Shown: positions 32,136-40,685 of the stretch, one piece after another
How the letters are laid out: the number at the start of each line of letters is the position of its first letter
How positions within the stretch are numbered: the stretch's first letter is position 1
Sequence record: MH791414.1
Reading direction: 5' to 3' (one strand)
DNA length: 64,000 nucleotides
Translations under genes and position numbers: made by a program
The notes under the pieces: model-generated
What the model was told of the DNA's origin: nothing
What the model saw: only the letters and a program-made list of their open reading frames with translations
Database searches by the model: none

Positions 32136-33130
32136 TATTTGAAATCAATGAACGTGCTGAAACTACGGCAGAAAAAAGACAAAGGCGAGATTGGATAGAG
32201 ATCGGCGCAAAGTTCATGGATGCTAGAAAAAAAGCACCTACCATGACAGCAAAAAAATTTGCAGAAGAAAATGGACTTAATTATGAAACGTTCAGTCGGG
32301 CAATGCGTCGTTTTAGAGATGATATTAAAAAATATTATTCTCTTACGAACCCGAACAAGAACAAACAGCAATGGATTGAGCTTGGTGTAGACTATTTAAC
32401 AAAAAAAGAAAAAACTAATATATCCCAAGCTGAATATATAAAAGCAACTGGCTTGAACCAAGAAACTGCTTCTAGAGCTTTCCGAAGATTCAAGAGTGAT
32501 ATCATTCTCGCAAAAAAATTAAAAGATGCGAAAGAAACCGGAAGACGACTAACAAACAACGAGAAATACCAGTTGATGTTACAGGATTTCCGAACTAAAG
32601 TTCGTCAATATGAGAAAGAACCACAAAAATCAGAGAGAAAGTCTATTGACTGGTTCAACACTTTTATTAAAAAGAACGTGAGAGGACATAGGGTTTCAAA
32701 ACCACAGCCGGGAAGGTTGTATACTTTTGCGTATGACGCAAAACATAAAGCAACTCTACCATATTGGGATAAATTCCCACTTATTGTATATCTCGGGTTG
32801 AGTACAAAACACAGAGGTTTGATGTTGGGCTTAAACCTTCATTATATTCCAGTGAAAGCCCGCAAAGAATTTATGGAAGAACTTTTAAAACACGCAACTA
32901 CAGAACGTATAACCAATAGAACAACCCTAAATATAAATTGGGAGAAGGTCAAAGGTATGAGAGGGGCAGATCACATGATCAAAGCGTATTTGCCTAATCA
33001 TGTTAAAGGTCCATTTATGGAAATAAAACCGCAAGATTGGAGTTCTGTTATCAATCTTCCGACTCAGCGTTTTGTTTCTGGTATGCCTCCTAAGACCTAC
33101 AATACTAACAAGGTTTGGAGTTCATATTAA
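32132..33130 (+). CDS. 2: DNA end protector gp2
   Basis: KPQPGRLYTFAYDAKHKATLPYWDKFPLI and LGLNLHYIP match T4 gp2. Confidence 0.95.
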   Translation: MIFEINERAETTAEKRQRRDWIEIGAKFMDARKKAPTMTAKKFAEENGLNYETFSRAMRRFRDDIKKYYSLTNPNKNKQQWIELGVDYLTKKEKTNISQAEYIKATGLNQETASRAFRRFKSDIILAKKLKDAKETGRRLTNNEKYQLMLQDFRTKVRQYEKEPQKSERKSIDWFNTFIKKNVRGHRVSKPQPGRLYTFAYDAKHKATLPYWDKFPLIVYLGLSTKHRGLMLGLNLHYIPVKARKEFMEELLKHATTERITNRTTLNINWEKVKGMRGADHMIKAYLPNHVKGPFMEIKPQDWSSVINLPTQRFVSGMPPKTYNTNKVWSSY

Positions 33131-34068
33131 TGTCACTAATACCACCAATTCCAAGTATAGATTCCCTAGTGGATGGGGCTCTTACTTTCGGAGAAGGAAT
33201 CTTAAACGAAGGGGATGCAAGTGAGATCCCCGATTTAACCAGATTTATGCGGAAAGTAGAAAACACCGATTTGGCAAGACCTAATATGTTCATTGTCCGA
33301 TTTGGTGATTTCCGAACCACAATTTTTAGTGATGGTGTTTTCGATAGCGACTTGCCTATTTTCCCGGATGGATCGGGTGTCAGTACAAGCGATGATCTAT
33401 TTTCTGGATCTAGCTATACTTGGCATAGGATACAAGATGTTGCTTTGGGGCAAGCTCATAAAATACTCACACCAAGTATGAAAAGAATATTTGGTGCTTG
33501 GGACCCATCTTTAATACGAATTATACCGGGTGCTGGTGAAATTCTAGACGGTTTCTTAGGTTTAGATTATGATGTCAATAAAGACTTAGCTTTAATGGTT
33601 AAATCAGTTTCATTGCCATCATCAACTTTAGAAACCCAGATCAATAGAATTGATAAATTACCCAGACATGAGGTAAAAGGTAGAAACTATGGGACAATGA
33701 CCATGACGTTTTATTGCTCTCCTTCATATGAAGAACGGGCATTAATGCTAACATGGCAAAACACCATTGTAGACCCGAAAAATGGTAGGTTTGGTTTCTA
33801 CAATACTTACGCAAAAGATATAGACGTTATCACGCTTGATAGACACGGTGTAAAACAATCGACTGTACACAACGTAGGTTGTTTCCCTATTGAAGTTGGT
33901 GAAGTTCAACTTGACTTTGAGAATAATTCTCAAGTGTCTACGTTCACAGTAACCTTTGCTGTTTCTACTACTACCCATGTACCAACTAAGGGTACAGAAA
34001 CCGGTATAGATTCAATAGAGAGTATCATCAGACGTACTACAGGTGTTCTAAACGCTATTAAGAACTAA
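33130..34068 (+). CDS. 54: Baseplate tail tube initiator gp54
   Basis: DLARPNMF, LMVKSVSLP, WQNTIVDPKNG and GCFPIEVGEVQLDFENNSQVSTFTVTFA; tube-like fold; TAATG coupling to gp2. Confidence 0.8.
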   Translation: MSLIPPIPSIDSLVDGALTFGEGILNEGDASEIPDLTRFMRKVENTDLARPNMFIVRFGDFRTTIFSDGVFDSDLPIFPDGSGVSTSDDLFSGSSYTWHRIQDVALGQAHKILTPSMKRIFGAWDPSLIRIIPGAGEILDGFLGLDYDVNKDLALMVKSVSLPSSTLETQINRIDKLPRHEVKGRNYGTMTMTFYCSPSYEERALMLTWQNTIVDPKNGRFGFYNTYAKDIDVITLDRHGVKQSTVHNVGCFPIEVGEVQLDFENNSQVSTFTVTFAVSTTTHVPTKGTETGIDSIESIIRRTTGVLNAIKN

Positions 34069-34071
34069 GAT

Positions 34072-34100
34072 AAACCCGGATCTAACGATCTGGGTTTTTT
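34072..34100 (+). terminator. Intrinsic terminator
   Basis: AAACCCGGATC-taac-GATCTGGGTTTTTT. Confidence 0.8.
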
Positions 34101-34181
34101 GTTATCTAAAACACGAACGAAGTGAGTCGCCGGAGGCGGTTCGCTACGCTCACAGATTACTTTCTAATTATAGATCTTCTA

Positions 34182-34189
34182 TATAAATA
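34182..34189 (+). promoter_or_regulatory. Late promoter TATAAATA upstream of gp26
   Basis: Exact T4 late consensus; a GGTAAATA variant lies at 34299-34306. Confidence 0.6.
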
Positions 34190-34337
34190 CTTATAGAAAC
34201 TTTATAGTTTGATTGCAAGTGAAACTAATATTTTTGATTAAATTTTAACCGTATAATAGATCAATTAAGTCTCGTAGCTGGATCTGTTATACTAGGTAGG
34301 TAAATACTCTTATAATGAGATAATAAGGATTCTATAA

Positions 34338-35114
34338 ATGTCTACGATAGATAAAAATGTTCTTCTAACTGCTATGAAGAAGAATGTTCAAGAAACTAAG
34401 GTGAAGCTCTCTAATGGTAAAGAGATCCGGATCCGTGCTTTTGTAATGAAAGAAATGAAACTCCTTATGATGGCAAATGAAGCCGGTAAAGGAATTGAAG
34501 ACGCAATCATCCAGATTGTTAAAAACTGTATTCTTACAAAGGGTGTAGTTGTAGAACAACTTCCTATCTTTGATCTGGAATCGATTTATATTGCTTTGTA
34601 TCAGCTTTCTAAGGCATCTCCATACATTCCAGTTACTTTTACTTGTGCTAATGAAATTCTTGATGAGAATGGAGAAATTCAATATGACAAATACGGTAAC
34701 GTGGTTCTATGTGAGAATGAAATTAAAGTAAATTTGAATCTTAAAACCGCTAAACTCTCGGAAGCACCATCAAACGAAATCGTTTTGAACGAGAATATGA
34801 AGATTATCATGCGATATCCGAATATTAGTGAGGTTGAATATTTCAATATCGATAAAGAATCGGAACTTTTTAATCTTATAGTTCGTTGTATCGACGAGGT
34901 TCATATGGGTTCTGACATTGTTAAAGTTGGGGTTGATATACCTTATGAGGATATCGGGGAAGTAATGGAATATGCAGATGACAGCGCCATTATAAAAATG
35001 AGTAAGTTTGTTACTGGAATTCCTCAACATACCCTAAATATACCAGTAAAGTGTAAAAAATGTGGTCATGAAGAAATAGTAACGCTAACGGGAGTTGAAA
35101 GTTTTTTCGTATAA
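34338..35114 (+). CDS. 26: Baseplate hub assembly protein gp26
   Basis: IRAFVMKE.K.L, FTC...C, MRYPNI and VKCKKCGH..VTLTGVESFF match T4 gp26. Confidence 0.9.
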   Translation: MSTIDKNVLLTAMKKNVQETKVKLSNGKEIRIRAFVMKEMKLLMMANEAGKGIEDAIIQIVKNCILTKGVVVEQLPIFDLESIYIALYQLSKASPYIPVTFTCANEILDENGEIQYDKYGNVVLCENEIKVNLNLKTAKLSEAPSNEIVLNENMKIIMRYPNISEVEYFNIDKESELFNLIVRCIDEVHMGSDIVKVGVDIPYEDIGEVMEYADDSAIIKMSKFVTGIPQHTLNIPVKCKKCGHEEIVTLTGVESFFV

Positions 35115-35278
35115 CCCTCGTTAACCATACAATATTTGACCATTTCAATACAGTTTATAAATTAAGAAAAGATGGATGGTTACATTCAGATTTAGAAGAG
35201 ATGACACCTTTTGAATTTGGGGTATACGTCCAGCTTTATCTTCATGAACTTAGAGAAAAGGCAAAAGAGGGTGAATAA
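35108..35278 (+). CDS. 51: gp51-like C-terminal segment, no upstream start codon; probable -1 frameshift extension of gp26
   Basis: RITLVNHTIFDHFNTVYKLRKDGWLHSDLEEMTPFEFGVYVQLYLHELREKAKEGE resembles the T4 gp51 C-terminus; in-frame TGA at 35096; stop overlaps the gp29 ATG. Confidence 0.75.
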   Translation, partial: RITLVNHTIFDHFNTVYKLRKDGWLHSDLEEMTPFEFGVYVQLYLHELREKAKEGE

Positions 35279-37170
35279 TGATTGGCGAGGGAAAAAACAA
35301 GGTCTTAGATCCATCGATAAAAGACCTTAAAGAGTCTCTTGATATAGTCACGGATTCTATGCTTACGCTCGATGACAAAACGGAAAAGTTGACAAAATCA
35401 ACCACCGATTTGACTGCTGCTTATGATATTAATTCTGATGCTAGTGTTTCTTTATCTCAGGAACAAGAAAAACTAACTAACCAGATTAAAAGGCAGCGTA
35501 AGACAAATATCAATAGAGATAAGGTAAACTCCGATCTCGAAAAAGAGCGCATTAAAGAATTACAGACGATTCAGGATTCCAACGAAAGACGGAAGAAGCT
35601 TGAAACTATTCTTAATGATCAACAACCTTTGGTTGATTACTCTAATAATATTCCTGTTGAGGATGATTCCGGAAATAAAAAGAAGAAACCTATTCCGGAA
35701 GAAACAAGAGAGACCTTAGAAGAATTTATTAAGAGAGAAGTTGGAGATAGAGACGAATTTATCGAAAACTTTAAAAAGGAAAACCAGAAGACTGGTAAAT
35801 TTATTCGAGAAGTTGCGGCAAAAGCTAACATAATTAATCGAATGAAAAACTCCGAGACGTCAGCAACTGCCAAAATATTGGGTCATACCATGAGTGCTGG
35901 TATGGGTATGATAACTGGAACAATTGATAATTTATTATCGTCAATCCCCGGTTATCGTGAAACTGCCAATGCTACAAAATTTGTTGCCGGGTCTATCTAT
36001 GATGCACATAAAGCCAGAAAGGAAAAGAACCTTGACCGGAAAGCAGAAAAGACTTACGAAGCGAAGAAATCTGATGCAGTTTCTAAATTTCAACAAATCC
36101 CAACCCCCGGAAAATCTCCAACCGAAGAAAAAATAAAACAAGAGAGAGATTCGAGGGATAAGAAAAAGGAATCTGATGCAAATTCAAGAGAACGAGACGC
36201 AAACGATAAACGTCATAAAGGATTAATGTCTGTTCTTAAAGGACTTCAAATGTCCATGATCCTTGGTAAGCTAATGTCGTTTATAGGGCCTATAATGGCT
36301 ATTGGTGGTGGGTTGATGGCTGCTGTTACTGGTCTAAGTGGTTCAGTTGCTGGTATTGGTGCGGCGGTTGCGGCGGCTCTTGGTGCTGTAGTTGGAAAGA
36401 TGATCGGAAGTATGACCGACCTATTTAAAAAATTGCCGGGTTTTAGTGGACCTAAAACAACTCCGACAAAACCGACTATAGATCCAAAAACAAATAAACC
36501 AACCACAGAACCACCGAAGAATGGAAAACCAAATACTCCGAAACCTAGCGGTGGTCCCACTATAGAAACAAAGCCAACCAGTACCCCGAAACCGGGTGTT
36601 CCTGATGCGGCTGGTAAGGCGGGGAAAACCGCAGGTAAAGCTGGTGCAGGGAAAGTTGCCGCAGAAGCTGCATCTAAATTCCTTCGGTCAGGTGGTGCTC
36701 GTAAATTGGCTGGCTTTGCTTTAAAACTTGGCCTTAGAGCTATCCCATTCGCTGGTGCTGCGCTTTTAGCTTACGACATATACTCAGCCATTAAGGATAA
36801 CCCCGAAATGGTAGAGAAGGGTATGGAAGCCGCCAAAGGGGCTTTTGGTAATGTTGGTGAAGTATTAGGTATTTCTTCTGCTAATGCGTCGGATGAACCT
36901 GTTGATGGTAGTAAATTGAAACCTGTTATTAAGTCTGGTGAGGACCAAGCCACATCGGCTAGGATCGAGGAAGGTAATAGGAAGGTTGAACAATTTAGAG
37001 CCAAACAGGCAGAAGAAGAGAGGAAACGGGAAGAAAGAAGGACAGAAGCTATGTACGCATCATATAACACACAAACATATAACAGTATGACGTCTGTGTT
37101 GCCGTCTGGTTTTGGTCCATATCATCCAGAAACCCCTGTAGGATCCTATGGAGTTCAACCGATATCATGA
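35278..37170 (+). CDS. 29: Baseplate hub / tape measure gp29
   Basis: Long charged helical N-terminus, Gly/Ala hydrophobic segments and RAIPFAGAALLAYDIY motif; follows gp26/51. Called mostly on composition and context. Confidence 0.7.
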   Translation: MIGEGKNKVLDPSIKDLKESLDIVTDSMLTLDDKTEKLTKSTTDLTAAYDINSDASVSLSQEQEKLTNQIKRQRKTNINRDKVNSDLEKERIKELQTIQDSNERRKKLETILNDQQPLVDYSNNIPVEDDSGNKKKKPIPEETRETLEEFIKREVGDRDEFIENFKKENQKTGKFIREVAAKANIINRMKNSETSATAKILGHTMSAGMGMITGTIDNLLSSIPGYRETANATKFVAGSIYDAHKARKEKNLDRKAEKTYEAKKSDAVSKFQQIPTPGKSPTEEKIKQERDSRDKKKESDANSRERDANDKRHKGLMSVLKGLQMSMILGKLMSFIGPIMAIGGGLMAAVTGLSGSVAGIGAAVAAALGAVVGKMIGSMTDLFKKLPGFSGPKTTPTKPTIDPKTNKPTTEPPKNGKPNTPKPSGGPTIETKPTSTPKPGVPDAAGKAGKTAGKAGAGKVAAEAASKFLRSGGARKLAGFALKLGLRAIPFAGAALLAYDIYSAIKDNPEMVEKGMEAAKGAFGNVGEVLGISSANASDEPVDGSKLKPVIKSGEDQATSARIEEGNRKVEQFRAKQAEEERKREERRTEAMYASYNTQTYNSMTSVLPSGFGPYHPETPVGSYGVQPIS

Positions 37171-37745
37171 TAAGAAATCAAACGCACATCACCAATATGC
37201 GTCTGGAAATTCCAGACGCTAATACAACAATGAATTTTGTTAACGCCGCGCAATCGGTAAATATACCATCACTAGAGATGGAAATTTCTAGAGTTTCTAT
37301 AAATCAAATGGCGTCTGGTAATTTACCGGGGTCTAAGATTAACTATGAACCATTGAGAGTGAGATTTCTAATCGATGAAGATTTTAAATCGTATCAAGAG
37401 ATCTACCAGTGGATGATTTCAGTCACTGATAGCAGGACTTTTGATTCTACTGCTCATTTACCGGGTGCTAGACCTAGAACCATGTTAGTTCATATACTAG
37501 ATAACTCTAAAAGAAACATCTTGATGACCTTCAAATTTAATGACCCATTCCCCAGCACAATTGACGAAATAGAGATGAGCTATGTGGATTCTGGAAACCC
37601 AGCCATAACTGGTATGGTTTCTTTTCATTATGCTACTATGAGTCTTTTGGATAAGAATGGTAATGAAATTTTACCGCTCAAAACTAAGGTCGGTACTGGT
37701 ACAGGTTCAAACGGTGGGCTCGCTTTGCACCCATCACTAAGATAA
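37167..37745 (+). CDS. 3: Tail tube terminator gp3
   Basis: AQSVNIP, YEPLRVRFLIDEDFKSY.EIYQWM and ILDNSK match T4 gp3. Confidence 0.9.
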   Translation: MIRNQTHITNMRLEIPDANTTMNFVNAAQSVNIPSLEMEISRVSINQMASGNLPGSKINYEPLRVRFLIDEDFKSYQEIYQWMISVTDSRTFDSTAHLPGARPRTMLVHILDNSKRNILMTFKFNDPFPSTIDEIEMSYVDSGNPAITGMVSFHYATMSLLDKNGNEILPLKTKVGTGTGSNGGLALHPSLR

Positions 37746-37751
37746 AATTAA

Positions 37752-37793
37752 GTGCCTCTTTTTGTTGTGTTATAATCAAACCAAAAGAGGTAC
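37752..37793 (+). promoter_or_regulatory. Hairpin covering the gp1 RBS with a -10 box (TATAAT) in its loop
   Basis: GTGCCTCTTTT (37752-62) pairs with AAAAGAGGTAC (37783-93); TATAAT at 37771-76. Confidence 0.6.
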
Positions 37794-37799
37794 AAATTT

Positions 37800-38537
37800 A
37801 TGATCTATGCTATATCTGGTTTGAAAAGAACTGGAAAGGATACGGTATCTAAATTCATCCAAGAAATGACTGGGGCTACTCCGTATGCACTGGCATATCC
37901 AATAAAAAAGGCTTTGCATTATGCTATGTGCGAACGTAGTGACGCAAGATTATCCTTATCTTGGAAGGATATCAACGGTGAAACTTCGTTTGACCGGGAA
38001 AAGGATCTCGAACTTTCTACATTAGAATTAAAATCTATCCTAAATAATGCTATACTGTATTGTAATCGAGAGTTCAATAAGTTCGAATTCACCGAGTTGG
38101 CTAAACTCATGCGTGATGTTTCTGAATTGAAATCCTCTGATAGTATGTCATTTTGGGATATCTTTTGTTTAAGCTTTGCTAAATTTTTCGGAAACACCGA
38201 AAGAGTTGTAGAGATTGAGAACAAATATAAATGGTCGGTTCGTCGTCTGATGCAGACCCTAGGAACCGATTTAATTGTCAATGTTCGTCGTGATTATTGG
38301 TTGCAGTGTATTCCAACTTATGGATCTGACATTATTATCACAGACATAAGACAAACCCACGAAATGCAATATTGTAGAGATAACAATGCAAAAGTTATCT
38401 TTGTTGTTAAATCTGGTATCGTATCTAAAGACTCTCATATTACAGAACGAGGTTTAGAGCCAAAAGCCAGTGATATCATCGTATACAACGATGGTACGTT
38501 AGAATCTTTAAAATCAAAAATTCAATCTTTAATTTAA
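37800..38537 (+). CDS. 1: Deoxynucleoside monophosphate kinase gp1
   Basis: SGLKRTGKDT, WSVRRLMQTLGTDLIV and DSHITERGL match T4 gp1. Confidence 0.95.
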   Translation: MIYAISGLKRTGKDTVSKFIQEMTGATPYALAYPIKKALHYAMCERSDARLSLSWKDINGETSFDREKDLELSTLELKSILNNAILYCNREFNKFEFTELAKLMRDVSELKSSDSMSFWDIFCLSFAKFFGNTERVVEIENKYKWSVRRLMQTLGTDLIVNVRRDYWLQCIPTYGSDIIITDIRQTHEMQYCRDNNAKVIFVVKSGIVSKDSHITERGLEPKASDIIVYNDGTLESLKSKIQSLI

Positions 38538-38549
38538 GGTAAAATAAAA

Positions 38550-38780
38550 ATGCAAGAACAAGTACAACAACTTCAACAAGTAATTCTGGAACTGAAAGCT
38601 CGTATCTTTGATATCAGTGAAGCCCAATCCCGTAAAGAGCAAGAACAGGCTCAGATCTATCAGCATTTTGCAGACGCACTTGGTCTAGACAAAGAAGAAG
38701 CAACCCGACTGGATGCTTATCTAGCTAAGATCGAAAGTCTGAAGGCTGGTCAAAAACCGGTTGTTGACAGCGGCGAATAA
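38550..38780 (+). CDS. 57A: Tail fibre chaperone gp57A
   Basis: ILELKARIFD coiled coil; size and position after gp1 as in T4. Confidence 0.8.
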   Translation: MQEQVQQLQQVILELKARIFDISEAQSRKEQEQAQIYQHFADALGLDKEEATRLDAYLAKIESLKAGQKPVVDSGE

Positions 38781-38789
38781 TGATGTAAG

Positions 38790-38824
38790 ATAAGGGGGTG
38801 ACGTAGGTCGTCCCCTTATTTTTT
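38790..38824 (+). terminator. Intrinsic terminator
   Basis: ATAAGGGG...CCCCTTAT followed by a T run. Confidence 0.7.
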
Positions 38825-38833
38825 GGAGTCTTT

Positions 38834-39133
38834 ATGAAAAAGAGATACAAACTTGTTGACAAGGCTGGTTTTGTTATGGCATCGTATGAACCAGAAATCG
38901 TATCAAATGAGCCGGTCATCGAGCCAGTATTTATTGAAGAAAGGAAACTTTTGGCTGACCTATTGACTGATGTTTCGTTTACGGTTACTATTGCAAAACG
39001 ATATAAACAAGTCGGTATTACTTCTAAACAGATTAGTAAGATCCCGGTTGCAGAGTTTCACGAAAAAACAAAAGATTTTCAGTTTTACTTGATTATGATG
39101 GAAGAGTTTGATAAATTCTTTATCGAAGCCTAA
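38834..39133 (+). CDS. Hypothetical protein (99 aa)
   Basis: GGAG SD; sits in the operon. Confidence 0.7.
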   Translation: MKKRYKLVDKAGFVMASYEPEIVSNEPVIEPVFIEERKLLADLLTDVSFTVTIAKRYKQVGITSKQISKIPVAEFHEKTKDFQFYLIMMEEFDKFFIEA

Positions 39134-39156
39134 ATACAGTTTTGAGAGGATATGTA

Positions 39157-40170
39157 ATGTCTAAAATGTTCGACCAGTTGCTTGAGTCTATGAACCAAGC
39201 AATTGCCCTTAAAACTCTTGGGTTGTCTTCCAATTTTACTGAAGAAGAACTCAAAGCCGCTTATCGAAAAGCAGCAAAAGACAATCACCCAGATCGCGGT
39301 GGTAGTACAGAAAAAATGCAGTCTGTTAACTCTGCATACGAAGAACTTAAAAATTCCGGTTCTTCTGCGACTCGTGAAGCCTCTTGGGCTCAACGAAAGC
39401 AGAAACAAGAAGACGAAAAACGTGTTGTGACTAATTTTGTTACCCACATGTTTGATAAGTTTTTTGATATCAATGCTTATCTTGATTACTTCCAAAAAAT
39501 GAGTGGTAAAAAATTCACTTTTGAAAGGAAAATCAATGTTGGGACTTGGGGAACTGCGTCTGTAGATTATAAGTTTTCATCAGAAGACCGTTCTGTTTTC
39601 TTTGATCTTAATGCTATGGCTCATGTGTTTATCACAAAAGCTCTTGGTGCTGGTATTGATAAACCGGAATTGGATAAAATGGGTGTCTTTACTGAGGTCT
39701 TGATCGACCGTAAGAAAGTAAAAATGTCTCAAAGTAATTACAATCAATCAGAAACAGAAAAGTTCATGAAGGATCCGAAAATCCTTTTCCCAGAAACAAA
39801 ACTGAAAAAAGCTTTTTCGGCTGACAAGAAAGTAAAACCGCTTAAAAAAGCTGATTATGTTCTTTTTGTTAAGAAAGAACTTGAAGGCAAACACCTTGGT
39901 GGTGATGATTTTGCTGTTGACATCGGTAACGGTTCTGTGATTTACTTCTCTCGTATGACATGGATGAGAAAAGGTGTATGGAATATCAGTGGTCGAACTG
40001 GGACTAAGGAACGTTGGTCTGTCACTACTCCTTTCTACGAGACAGAAACTCCAGAAAATATGGACGTAATGAAAGAACTTGTTCAAACAATGAAATCTCA
40101 TAATTCTTCAAATGGTCAGCAGATGGAGTCTCTTGTGAAAAAAATTATGTTGAAAGCAAACAAGACTTAA
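39157..40170 (+). CDS. J-domain (DnaJ-like) protein
   Basis: ELKAAYRKAAKDNHPDRGGSTEKMQSVNSAYEEL with intact HPD; GAGGA SD before ATG 39157. Confidence 0.9.
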   Translation: MSKMFDQLLESMNQAIALKTLGLSSNFTEEELKAAYRKAAKDNHPDRGGSTEKMQSVNSAYEELKNSGSSATREASWAQRKQKQEDEKRVVTNFVTHMFDKFFDINAYLDYFQKMSGKKFTFERKINVGTWGTASVDYKFSSEDRSVFFDLNAMAHVFITKALGAGIDKPELDKMGVFTEVLIDRKKVKMSQSNYNQSETEKFMKDPKILFPETKLKKAFSADKKVKPLKKADYVLFVKKELEGKHLGGDDFAVDIGNGSVIYFSRMTWMRKGVWNISGRTGTKERWSVTTPFYETETPENMDVMKELVQTMKSHNSSNGQQMESLVKKIMLKANKT

Positions 40171-40177
40171 AATAAAA

Positions 40178-40206
40178 TTCACTGGGGGTAATTTGTGTGT
40201 TATAAT
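40178..40206 (+). promoter_or_regulatory. Promoter TTCACT-N17-TATAAT
   Basis: Same architecture recurs at 40418 and 43385. Confidence 0.6.
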
Positions 40207-40236
40207 TACCCCATAAATAACTAGAGAGAAAATAAT

Positions 40237-40428
40237 ATGTCTAAATTTGTAATTCATCCCATTGATCATACTGCAACCAAAATTTTGGTTGACTCCAAGC
40301 GTGTGGTTGGTTTGATTGAAAAATCCGGTATCACGGTAATTACCGTAGAGGATAAATGGGGTAATGATTTTATTTTCAATATCAGCGATAATTTTGATTA
40401 TATTGCGGGTAAAATTATTCACGATTGA
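40237..40428 (+). CDS. Hypothetical protein (63 aa)
   Basis: GAGAG SD; downstream of a promoter. Confidence 0.65.
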   Translation: MSKFVIHPIDHTATKILVDSKRVVGLIEKSGITVITVEDKWGNDFIFNISDNFDYIAGKIIHD

Positions 40429-40446
40429 AAGATATCGTGTTAATAT
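40418..40446 (+). promoter_or_regulatory. Promoter TTCACG-N17-TAATAT upstream of the first tRNAs
   Basis: Followed by hairpin GTTTGTCGGG...CCCGACAAAC and tRNA-Arg. Confidence 0.55.
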
Positions 40447-40490
40447 AGGTTTGTCGGGTGAGATTCCCGACAAACAAAAGGTATTTTAGT

Positions 40491-40564
<74 letters not shown>

Positions 40565-40578
40565 CTAAAATACTTTCT

Positions 40579-40662
40579 GGGGATGTGGTGAAATTGGCAG
40601 ACACACCAGATTTAGGTTCTGGCGCTTAATGTGTGTGGGTTCGAGTCCCACCATCCCCACCA
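40579..40662 (+). tRNA. tRNA-Leu(TAG)
   Basis: CCAGA-TTTAGGT-TCTGG; long variable arm; ACCA end. Confidence 0.92.
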
Positions 40663-40685
40663 AATTATAAAAATGAGAAACATAA

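Noticed and set aside
35201-35278. Independent gp51 starting at ATG 35201
   Set aside because: Would give only 25 aa and omit the upstream half that aligns with the gp51 C-terminal domain; SD is poor.
36420-36680. Pro/Lys/Thr-rich repeats in gp29
   Set aside because: Low-complexity linker common in tape-measure/hub proteins; no exact DNA repeat unit seen.
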